Assembly: GCA_012295275.1 (NCBI GenBank)
Contig: CM022676.1
Coordinates: forward strand, 2,542,001-2,606,000
Direction: 5' to 3'
Length of the DNA stretch: 64,000 nt
Source of the DNA: Chrysomallon squamiferum
Taxonomy: Eukaryota; Animalia; Mollusca
Part shown: positions 13,602 to 24,573 of the stretch, one piece after another
How positions within the stretch are numbered: the stretch's first letter is position 1
Layout of the letters: the number at the start of each line of letters is the position of its first letter
Made by a program: the position numbers and the translations under genes
The notes under the pieces: model-generated
Databases searched by the model: none
What the model was told of the DNA's origin: nothing
The model's input: the letters and a program-made list of their open reading frames with translations, nothing else

Positions 13602-15237
13602 GCTACCTTTCCATTATTAATCAGCTCTTGTCCACCAAATGTCCACTTGAGTTCAGCTGGACTAGGATTGCTGTCTGATGTACAGGTCGAGGTCAGGTTA
13701 TCACTTTCTTTAAGAAGTCCTGATTTTGAAAATGTGACTTTGATTCTGGGATAATATGAAATATTAACACATTGAAATAATAGAATTAACACACTGAAGT
13801 AATTAACAAGGAACAAATCGGCTTTTATGACAAAGAGATAAGATCTTTCAATCAGATATGTATATATGTATATATCTATCTATCTATCTATCTTATCTAA
13901 ATATATATATATATCTTTTTTAAACATTAAACATCTGTTTATTTCTTATACCTGTTTTCCTTTTGTAACTTTCAAAAACAGGTTAGAAAGTTACTGATAT
14001 CATTTAGATCTTCCTTTTTGACTAACTAATCATTTTTTGTTCTATTATTTACATAGGAAATATAGCTGTCTGAAAAGACAAAATGGTTTATTTCTCAAAT
14101 TAAAATGAAACATCTTACAGTAAATGTTTAGTTGTATCTTATTAGATTCATGTCTTTGTTGTTCGTTTCTGTCTGTGTATTCATTCCCAGCTGAACATTT
14201 GTAGCAGACTCCATTGTCTTCCTTTGTGGGTGTCAGTGACAAGTTAAACCAGTGTGTTGTACATCAGATCCATTTCTAATCCAGTAAAACTGAGCTGCTG
14301 GATTTCCTTTACCACTGTCAGGTAAAGAACAAATCAAAGAACTTCCTCTGTTTTCTAGCCATGGTTGTTGAGGATCTGCTTGGAGGATCTATTTAAAATA
14401 TTCTCATTTTAATTCAGGTAAATGCGTGTGTTTTTTTTTCTCCATATAAATAAGCAGTAAATATATATACATATTATTGCTATCTGTACATTTTTAAAGT
14501 TATTATCATTATTTTCTTTCAAGGTGTGAATGGAATAAAATGTATTTATTACTATAATACAAATGTATTTCTTACCATAAAAAAGGAAGTCATTAGTACA
14601 ATTATTTTGAAGAATTTATTGTTTTTAACCTAGCAATATTTTAAAGGTTTAATTCACAAATTCAAGCTAAGTGTTATAAATATTTAACAATTTGACAAAT
14701 GATTCATGGGCTGCAGAGAAACCAGGGTCTAAATATTCTTCATTGAAACTGTGGTGTTTTCTAAACTATTGAGAAAAAAACGAAATCTGACATTTAATTC
14801 ATTTCAGACCTGTGAGTTTACAGCAAATTAACAAGTAGTGCATTTAAGCCAACTTGTTGATTTTACAAAAGAATTACCAAAAGGTAAAACATTATTACAA
14901 TCGGATAATTACCAGTCACTGTGTTAGATCTGCATTACTAATTATAATTAATCCTCCATTACTAGAGTGATAAAAGGGAAGAAATAGGGGAAATAGCAAC
15001 ATTATATATATAAAAAATAAATAAATTAGTGAACTAATTATGTTGCTTTTTGTACAATTAGTGACAGATATTAAAAGGCTCCCTAATTTATTAAATATGA
15101 ATAAAACATAGAGAACAAGAAAGATATTTCATGTGATTACAGAAGCATTGTATATATTTGTGTATGCTAATTCTGAACCCACCCAGTCTTGTATGTTGAT
15201 ATGTTTATAAATTATAAAAAATTTAAGAGTTACTTAC

Positions 15238-15507
15238 AGTGAATAGTCATGTTTCTGCTTTTCATCTCACTGTATTCACCAGACTTCCAAGCAGAAAGAC
15301 ACTCACACACTTTGTTATTCTGACTCCTGTTAGCTATGAAAGATGTTCTGGTTTCTTCTCTGTTAGAGCAGTGTATAGGATTATAACATGTCCAGTTCAG
15401 ATTTGGTTTTGGGTTCCCGCCAGTTGTTGAACAGTTGAGTGTGACAGTGTCACCCTCAAACACAGGAAATGTTGTCCCTGAAACAACTGGAGATAAACTT
15501 GGTGGAT
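15238..15507 (-). CDS. Open Ig-like (C2/I-type) domain exon of A1
   Basis: ag|AT CCA CCA ... CAC T|gtaag, phase 1-1, 270 bp: PPSLSPVVSGTTFPVFEGDTVTLNCSTTGGNPKPNLNWTC...VCECLSAW. Confidence 0.85.
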
Positions 15508-17039
15508 CTGAAACCACAAATATTCATGTTATTTGTTTTTTGATTTCTTAAATAATTATTTTTATTTATTTATTTATTTACTTTTATTTTTATTATTTTC
15601 AATTAAATCATTACAAAATAGGTATGTATTATCTCAAAGTCTACATGTTTATAAACTTACATTTCACATCCAGAAACTTTTCTCCTGTAGACTCAGTCTC
15701 TGTATCTGTGTTTCTCACAGTACACTGGATTGTCTTCCCATTCTGTACTCTACTCAGTGTTAGTGTTTGAAGCCAAGTGTTTCAAGATGAACCTTTCTTC
15801 TCTCCCTGTCTTCGATTAATATCAGTTCCATCTTTAAACTTCCAGACGAAATCAACATCTGGTTTAACAGGTGTCAATGTTCTACAGGTCAAGGTCAATG
15901 GTTGTCCTTCGACTGCCGTTTGTTCATTTGTAAAGGTGACACTGACATCATTCTGTGATGGACCATCTGTAAAATTTAATCAAATAGTGAAATATTTAGA
16001 ATTATAACTGATATTTCTGAAAACTGGATCAGGAAAAGAGGCAGTAAAGAAACTTACTTAAAGGCGATTTGAATAATAAATTTAAATATGTATTAAATAT
16101 GTATCAACAGTTAAATTGCATAATTTTTGTACAAACAAAAGTATTAAGACAATTTAGAAATTATTTAGTTATTTAAACTTTTTTTTAAATATCTAACATT
16201 AAATGTCCTACACCACACATCAAGTATTCCAGTGTTGGATGTTACAGGTCACCTGATGTGATATTTATGTTGGTGATTCCTGTGTTTATCTGTTGATTAT
16301 TCTTGTACCAGTAAACAGAGGAGACTGGGTTGCTAGGTGATCGTGACACATGTCAGAGAGACAAAACCTTCACTGACTTTTATTTTATCATTCTGTGAAC
16401 TGATGTTTAATAGTTTCACGTCTTTTACCTGTACTGTGATAAACAAATATTTTGGTATTAACACATTATTTCCTTATTTATTTATTTATTTTTTTTATTT
16501 ATTTATAATAACTGAAAAATCCAAATATATATTTAAAATATTAGGTAGCTTCGTAAACATATGTCAGTAATTAATTATATCTTATTGTGCATACATGAAA
16601 ATTACAAAAAGGTATCTGCATTTACTTCAAATAATAAAATACTGAACAGTTTGGATATTTGATGTATAGTCACCTGGAAAGGTTGCAGTACAAATAAACG
16701 TGTCATAGTTGTAATTTTTAAAAAAGGGACGAATCAGGTGTATTGAAACATAAACTTTTCCTTGTACAGTTAAATAATTCATAGTCAGCCTGGCAACTGT
16801 TTTTACTTGTGGAGTTGTACAGCCATCACTGTATGATGTAGTAACTGGTGCCAAATTCTTAAACAGAAAGATAGCAGAACTATAATTATTATTATCAGTC
16901 TTTTACTTTAATTAACGTAGTAATAACAATAAATATGTAGTTTTTTTTGTTGTTTTTTTGTTTGTTTGTTTTTTTCTTTTATTTCTTATAATATTTGAAA
17001 TAAACAGGTATTTTCAGGTTTGCTTCAAAAGTACATTTC

Positions 17040-17073
<34 letters not shown>

Positions 17074-17832
17074 AGTGCTTTTATAGGGGAGTGCGAGGGT
17101 TGTTTCCAGCCTTTTGGTAATGTAAAAACCACACGAAATAAATTGATTATAATAATGCACAAATAACTTCTTTTTATATATTTTACAATTGTTTTAATGA
17201 ACACAGACTCACCATGGACGTTTTACCAACAAAATTCCAGGAGATGTACACAGCAGGATAAGCACAGCCGCTCGTTACACTGACAGTAAAATCTTTCTCA
17301 GAATCAATGTCTGGTTGATTTGTACACGCATCAGTAAAATCAATCTTAGATGTATCAACAACAGCTAAAACATAATAATAATAATAACAAATAAATGAAA
17401 ATAAATAAACTTCATGCTACCAGCAAATTCTTCTATTCTACAACTGTGTTAGTAATGTTGAGGAAAAAAACGAAACACCTAGGTTTAGTTTAAAGAACAG
17501 TGACAATGTTTCTCCGCAGGACAAGAAAAAAAAATAGAGCTACTTTATATATTTCATCTTTACTATTTTTAATATAATTTGAAAAGCCGTCAAACCGTTA
17601 TAAATTCAAATCTTCACCTGCTAATTATCAGTTTTTTTATTGTTTTAGATTGACAAACTTATACAATTACAAAGGTGCAGATTTTTTTCAAGAACTTTAA
17701 ACTTGGTACTTGTGCCAAAAAAGAAAAAAAAAATATATATATATATATATTTATTAAAACATAAAAAAATAAAATAAAACATAAAAATAATAAAAATAAA
17801 ATAAAATAAAATAATAATAATGATAATAAATG

Positions 17833-17892
<60 letters not shown>

Positions 17893-18499
17893 CTTAGAAG
17901 ATGGTCAGCATTTGACATTCGTGGTTTTACATCAGGTAAATGAAACAGCTCGAAATCTCTGTAACTTTCTTGTCTTGAATAAAGACTTTCTTTCTTGGTC
18001 ACTGTGGTCCCTATTCCTGTTTTTAACAATAGCAATAGCAAGTGATCACAATACATCATATTTGAAGTGGTTAATTTCAAAAGGTAGCTGAGATAGAGAC
18101 TTGAAATTCTGCCTGCTTATTTTTTTCCTAATCGCCAATGTCTATTAAATTATGATGTGTGTTCATTTAATTTATAAAATTTCTTGATACTGTCTTATGT
18201 AATCCAAGATGATAGTTAAAAACGTGACTATCTGAAAACTTCAAGAATATCACTGAGAATACTACAATATAATATATACATATATACATATATATATCTC
18301 CTGAGAAAACAAAAAGAAACAACAATAAAACAACAACAAACAAACAGACACACACACAAAATATAATAATAAAAAATGAATAAAAAACCAACATAATTTA
18401 AGATACTATTGTTTAAAACAAGTGCATAATATGTTCCTTTTAAAGATAGAGACGAAAAAACAAAACAAAAGGAAAGACCTACTTATTAATTTAAGTGAA

Positions 18500-18820
18500 T
18501 GCATCTTCATAGGACTAATAGAAACAAAAATGTCTATTTCAGCGAGAAAACACATATGATGAACCTATATTTTAATTTATGTTCTCGATCTATAAAGGTA
18601 TACATCGGTTTTCCTCAAAATCAGTTATAGAAAAGGTAAAGCTGGTCAAATATTTTGCATTCTGTGATGGTACACACTATATTGTTTCTGAGAAGTGTCA
18701 TTTTAATTATTTTGGCCAAGTGTGAGAAAAAATATCTTTCAGTTTAATTATATAAAATCTTTATAAAGAAGTCATGTAGTTGAAACTGATAAAATGAGTT
18801 TGTAGTCCTATGAAAATGCA
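18500..18820. mobile_element. MITE-like relic with 18 bp inverted termini
   Basis: tgcatcttcataggacta (18500-18517) vs tagtcctatgaaaatgca (18803-18820), one mismatch. The right arm is deleted in the duplicate at ~61512. Confidence 0.55.
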
Positions 18821-18989
18821 ACTGAAAACATAAGTAGATATATGTTTAAATAAGAATGACTTGAAATGACTGAAACTACATTGAAAACTAACCTGTCATA
18901 TATATAATGTTACTAGTTTCATTAAAACTAGAAGTAACAATAAATTATTGATTTATCAGATTGTCACTTGTTTTTGAGGTATATATCTA

Positions 18990-19075
18990 GGCTTGGAACC
19001 TTTCAGTCTAGTCCCCACTTATTATGTCCTAAAAAGTTTTTATATTTCGTTTCTTGTAAAACCAGAATTGTTTTT

Positions 19076-19113
<38 letters not shown>

Positions 19114-20500
19114 ATATATATATGAATCTGTAAGGAAGTCTTTTCTGGGAAAAGTGTTGTGAAAACGCCAGTACCAGGGTGAAAGTATGTATGATATTTA
19201 TCATTAAATGAAATAATGTCATTTTTGCGAATTAAGTCTTTTAACTGTTTACCTCTAATATTAACTTCCTATTATTCCCACACAAAAAAAAATGTGGTGA
19301 CGTTAGAAATCTTACATCACTATAAATGTGTTCTGATCTATAAATGTGTTCTTATTTTCTTCTTTCAGTCAAACAGATAGTCAAATAGATCCTGATTATC
19401 TCTGGGATTAAAATTAAAACGATTACGAGGAGTTAAATATACTGAACATAATGTAATAGTTTTATGAGTTGAGAATTGTACAGCCACCTGCTGGAAATTA
19501 GTGTTAAATTGAACTGTATTCTGGGCTATGTTTTCAATAAAACTTATGGATGAAGCCATGGAAACTGTACCTTCATCTTCATGAAATATACGATAAAGCT
19601 TACATCTGCTAATAGTGTCAGTTTCCTTCAGAAGAGAAACTGCAATAAGGCAGTATTTTTTAATGAAGGTCATTTGTCAATGTTGGATCTAAACTCGTGA
19701 CAGTATCACTAAATAAATGTATTTGCTATAACTGGAATTATTTTAATCTTATTCCTTGTTAGTTGAGATGTACATGCTGATATAGATGTTATATTGAGAT
19801 GAGGTTTCTATCATGTAATCAATATCAAGAGACAAAAAAGATTGTTAGTCAGGATAAACTTTTATTCACTCTTCTTTAATTGTGTCATATATCATGGTTT
19901 GAACATTTTGAATGTATGGTATGTGTTCCTTAGTTGGTCTTACTGAAGCCTAACTTCTCAGTAGAAATCCACCTTGACAGACTGTTAGATTCTCAAGATA
20001 CTTGAATTTATTTCTGTGCAAGTTCCCTTATTAAATAACACTACATCATTTGGTCTGGTTAAGTCCGTCTGTATTTGAATAATTGTTGTAGACACTTCCA
20101 CAGCTGAAATGGATTTTCAACTTTCAACTTCTTCAGTTTTTCACTTTGGTCATTCTTGCTAATATGCGAAGTGCTTCTCCTTGTAGTTGGTGCTTACCAC
20201 ATCATTCTTACATCCCTTGTTGTCATGATCATATTGAACACAAGAAGCACGTATCACTTTGCTATGACATGCATTTTGACATTTAAAACACAGCAGAGGG
20301 TTTGGAATTTAAGACAGAGAGGTATACTCAGCCTCAACAGATTCCGACCAACACTTATCGGCTTCACATGACCCAAGTAAAGATAATATATGCAATGCTC
20401 TTTCACTGACAGAACCAATAACTAGAAAGCCTGGAAAGGGTTGAGAGGTAATAACCTTTATTTCATAAGCCAGTTTATCATCATCCGAAGATGAAACATT
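18990..20500 (-). mobile_element. Degenerate 5' part of an I/Nimb-like non-LTR retrotransposon (ORF1 zinc knuckle + AP endonuclease) in an A1 intron
   Basis: Minus-strand remnants FPGFLVIGSVSE and IPNPLLCFKCQ (cf. YIPNPLRCFKCQ gag knuckle); endonuclease remnants TNFQQVAVQ...TITLCSVYL and NDKYHTYFHPGTG. Many stops and frameshifts. Confidence 0.8.
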
Positions 20501-20850
20501 ACACACACACACACACACACACATATAAAAGTGGGAACTGGTTTAGTTTGAAATGGTGATTATCCCCTTGTATGAACCCTGGATATACATCTTAATAGTA
20601 AGAAAACAGTTTCCATGTAGGTTTGTAAAGTTTGAACTAAGACAGAAATTTATATATATTCAAATATCTGTATCTGTATATTTTTGTTTAAAGTATGGCA
20701 AGGTTTAGTACAAAAGAGCAATTATTTCGACTATGCTGCTTCCTTACATGATCCCTGCATATGTTATGACATAACGATTTAAAAAAAAAAAAAAAATAAA
20801 AAACACATGTAAATATAACAACAACAATAATAACTGCTTACAAAACTTAC

Positions 20851-21168
20851 TTGCAAAAGGAGCTCTAAGTGTTAACCTCACAGAATATACAAAGTTTTGA
20901 TAAGTTTCAGTAACATTCCAGGTTCCTGTGTGTTTTGTTTCATTAAAAGTAAAAATCTCAAGAGTTATGACATGTGTAGACTGTCTTGTTACATTGTAAT
21001 TAAATCCAGAACCACACGGTCCACCTGATGCAAAACATGCTCCTTGTGCTGATCCATTCAGATTGAAAATAACAGATCCTGTTATGTCTTCTTCACTGTT
21101 TGTGTAGATCAAAACAAGAGACTGGCCAAGCACTTGCATTTTCTTGCCTGTGATGAGAATTCTATTTC
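20851..21168 (-). CDS. N-terminal atypical Ig/V-like domain exon of A1 (open)
   Basis: 318 bp phase 1-1 exon: GNRILITGKKMQVLGQSLVLIY...GACFASGGPC...TLEIFTFNETKHTGTWNV...VRLTL. Confidence 0.75.
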
Positions 21169-21553
21169 CTTCAAAGATAATAAAAGTAATGAAAATAGAT
21201 ATATATATAAAAAACCAAAAAACAAACAAAATAAAACAAAAATCAACTACAATAATAATAAATGACATCGTAATAATTCTCTACCACAATAGTAATATAA
21301 ATGTCTTAAGTATTTAAAAAAAAAATAACAAAAATAAAAATGGAAAATAAAATAGAAAATAATAATATAAATTAAATTAAACACAAAAATAATATAAAAA
21401 CTAATACATTACTAAAATACTTTTCATAGTCAGTGAAAACACAGTTAGCTGGAATGATATGTTTGTAGGGTATCATTCGATTTGTTACTCGACTCGTTTG
21501 TCACCCACCTTTTAACAACATGTGTTATACAATAATGGACTCATCTTCCTAGC

Positions 21554-21759
21554 TGTTACAGAGTCAGCTTAGGGAGCAATTCAGAAACAAGAATACAAAT
21601 ATGTATCCACATCCATTTGTTATGAATTCAGTCACATTTCAGGAATAATATGAACTAAGACATCACATTCTGTATATGCATGCAGTATCACATTACATCA
21701 CAGTGTTATATATAAGTATGTTCAGCCGGTAACTGTTCCATTAAGCTGACTGTGTAACA
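21554..21759. mobile_element. Small inverted-repeat (MITE-like) relic
   Basis: tgttacagagtcagctta (21554-21571) vs taagctgactgtgtaaca (21742-21759), one mismatch. Confidence 0.45.
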
Positions 21760-22523
21760 AATGGGAGACAAATGACATGTTCTGAAATATGACCTATTTT
21801 CTAACTGCCTTGTTTTAGTCTTTGTAAAGTTCTGAATGTGTATAAATATGAAATATCTGTTGCTGATAATTGAAACTCGCTAGTTTTTCACATGACTGTA
21901 ACTGTTTTATTGGATTTTTACGTGTTTTCATCTTTACAATATGTTTGATGTCGTATTTTCGTGAATCATGTAGCATGAATCATAAATCATCGAGTAAATG
22001 ATTTCTTTCTTCACAAATAACAATATTTGTTCCACTTAACTTGAACACGATACTGTATAACATGTTGACAGTCTTGTTTCATACGTGTCTCTTGTCTAAA
22101 CAACTAGTGTTGTTTTCAAAAATAAAAATCTGGCTTTAGATACTGTCCTAATTTTCGAATAAATCAATAAATAAATAAATAAAAATCATTAATCGACATT
22201 AATCGTCTTATTAGTTGTATTGTTGGCATTTTCATTAAAAAGTAAATGAAACAAAGAAATATGAAACCTTTCTGTGTAATTAATCTCACAATGGAATATA
22301 ATTTTTATTCTTTCAAAAATATGATTATTATTATTATTATTATTATTTACAATTGGCATATAAAACTCCTCATAACGAATAAGGAATAAAAAAATTTCAG
22401 ATTTTCTTTACAAATACAAATTTTATTTCAAGATAGTAATAAGTTATTATCAGTTCTCATCGTAGTGGGATAAATTTTAATATGATAAATAAAAGTGAAT
22501 AATTCTAAATAAATGTTATTACC

Positions 22524-22621
22524 TCAACTCGGTGTGTTATCAGACACCTTCAGCTTTTCATACGCAGGTGCATCACGTGATTGTAAACACTCGTACTGAG
22601 TTGTAGGTATTTGACCATGTT
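22524..22621 (-). CDS. Cytoplasmic exon of gene B encoding an ITAM
   Basis: ag|AA CAT GGT...: EHGQIPTTQYECLQSRDAPAYEKLKVSDNTPS*, i.e. YxxL-x7-YxxL. Confidence 0.75.
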
Positions 22622-23811
22622 CTATAAATTTATTAATATTTTCATAAACACATTTTGATAAACTATTTTTCCGTTATATTTTCTAGAAAATATTAATTAA
22701 AGAAATCATCACCGGAATTTGAAAAAATATTAGGCACTTATTTTTAATTCATTTAATTTACTGCAGCTTCTTTGAGTTTATAACATATTGTATGTAAAAC
22801 AAACCTAATAATGTTCTTTCAGTCTTTGTTGAAATTGCTTATTAATTGTTCAAGCTCTTCATGAAGTGAATAAAATATGTGACTGTTTGTAACTGTCTGC
22901 CTCTTTGTGTGTATGGGTTTATGCATACGGTTTGTTAATGTGTATGAAAAATTGGCATCTGATTCTGAATTTCCGCAATCATCTTGATTAATACTTCAAG
23001 ATCTACTTCAGTTTGAATCGTTTTATGCAAGGGAAATTGCTCTAATAAAACTAGAATCTAAAAAAGATACTCAAAACACTGGATTTCTATTTTACCTCAA
23101 CGAACAGCTGTTTCCTGGACTGAATCCATTGATACGTCTTGATATCTGTGAAACATAATAAGAAAAATATTCTGGTATCTCATTCAAGTATATTTGGTTT
23201 TACTTGAATTGCTGTAACGAGACAATCGCATACTTTGCAGAGGTATTTATGTTAATAGAGCAATGTAAATATTTTATTAGAGGTTAATATATTTTCAATC
23301 CTGATACAATTTTGCAGCAAAATTTACTTTAAACATAAATAATATAGTTATGCACTTTGGGCATACTAGTGTCTATTTCAAACAAGGTCTGCAGGTAATT
23401 TAGTAAATAGATACTGAATATCTCTTATCACAGAAGTAATCAGAAATATTTCAACACACTACTCACATATGTGTTTCATTTTCATTTCTGCTGTCTGAAC
23501 CTGTAACACATATGTACAGTTGTATTTTACAAGCTAAATAATAATTCTTACGTTGAAATAATTGGATTGGATTTTCTTTTTTAAACAACCAATGAAAAAA
23601 GAAAGAAACAATAATAAAAATAAATAAATGCACGCACATGCACACATACCCACATACGTATATAGTTAAAGAGACAGAAAAAATATTAAAAATAAAAAGT
23701 AAGAAAGAAAGATAATTTTAAAATAAATAATTAAAAACTACAATAAAATAAATACGAAATATTCAAAACAGTAAAACAATATCTAATGAATGAGTCTAAA
23801 ATTTAACTGAC

Positions 23812-23934
23812 TACGGATGGTGTAACCTCTTCTCCTCAAGATGAACAGAATAATTATTGCAGGAAAGCAGAGCAGAAGTATTCCTGCTACCAGACCAATT
23901 CCAATTCCAAGTGTTGTCATAGACGAAGATTTTT
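23812..23934 (-). CDS. Transmembrane exon of gene B
   Basis: KSSSMTTLGIGIGLVAGILLLCFPAIIILFILRRRGYTIR: hydrophobic helix followed by an RRR stop-transfer; phase 1-1. Confidence 0.85.
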
Positions 23935-24201
23935 CTACAGTGATTATAATAACAAGTTTAACTACATAAATCAATTATCTGCATTTACGTTTAATTTTTT
24001 TAATTAAAATTCTTTCTTCTAAAGATCTTTCCTTAAATAATGCCAATAGTTTGGACAATGTCAAATTCACCAGAACCTGTATACAAGTAATGTAAAAAAC
24101 TAAACAAAAACACACAGAGAATAAATAAATAAATAAATGAATAAATATTTTGCTGAAATTGTAAATGAAGAATCGAAAACTATATATATTATTTTACTTA
24201 C

Positions 24202-24477
24202 TAAAAGTAGTACAAACAGTCAAACAGTAACGACTGTCAGTTTTATTTGCAGAAGAGTAAATTTTAAAGTGGTAGGAAGAATTGGACTTGAGATGACAAA
24301 TGTGTAAAGAAAAAGTCTTGTCGTGTGTCTTATTGTCTGACACTTGCAGACTGATAGACTGGTCTTCAGTAGACAAGCGTTGTTCGACAGTGAATCTAGT
24401 GAACTTGTTTGTGTTGTAGTTCCACTTGAGATCTACTGAAGTTTCTAACACATTTGTGCAGTAACACCATTCAGGAG
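24202..24477 (-). CDS. Fibronectin type III exon of gene B (open)
   Basis: APEW...ETSVDLKW...FTVEQR...HLKSNSSYHFKIYS: the FN3 W and L-x4-Y pattern; 276 bp phase 1-1. Confidence 0.85.
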
Positions 24478-24535
24478 CTGATTCAAGAACTAAAACGTGC
24501 AAAAAGATTTATGTTGTGTTTTAATTTCATCTGCA

Positions 24536-24573
<38 letters not shown>

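Larger units (their letters stand above)
13607..21168 (-). pseudogene. Gene A1: multi-Ig-domain receptor pseudogene, 3'-truncated copy of A2
   Basis: Exons 21168-20851, 17364-17213, 16857-16674, 16433-16212 (1-bp insertion giving TAG), 15966-15661 (TGA at SS*), 15507-15238, 14388-14119 (two frameshifts), ~13754-13607 (acceptor AG->AT, cut by deletion). Ig motifs such as VTLNC...GGNPKPNLNW...C and LTLTC...VDFVWK...TIQC. Confidence 0.85.
11242..21320. repeat. Duplicated segment, copy 1 (homologous to 50495-64000)
   Basis: Near-identical colinear sequence from tgtttaatgttttattctccgtgcatg (11242 vs ~50495) to atgtcttaagtatttaaa (~21318 vs ~63993), covering introns, LINE relic and exons. Differs by an 822 bp segment present only here and a 4340 bp segment missing here. 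Confidence 0.96.

Noticed and set aside
15777-16570. Plus-strand ORFs (also 58384-58624, 58947-59213, 55688-55933, 20156-20371)
   Set aside because: Antisense shadows of minus-strand Ig exons or the LINE relic.
17891-18120. ORF MKLTTSNMMYCDHLLLLLLKTG... present in both copies (also 60335-60787)
   Set aside because: Conservation is explained by the recent duplication; it runs into an (ATT)n tract and has no convincing splice sites. At most a faint retroelement-endonuclease resemblance that I cannot support.
21330-22500. Search for the A1 signal-peptide exon
   Set aside because: Candidate ATG-donor segments near 21890-21930 and 22040-22082 do not encode hydrophobic leaders; none accepted.
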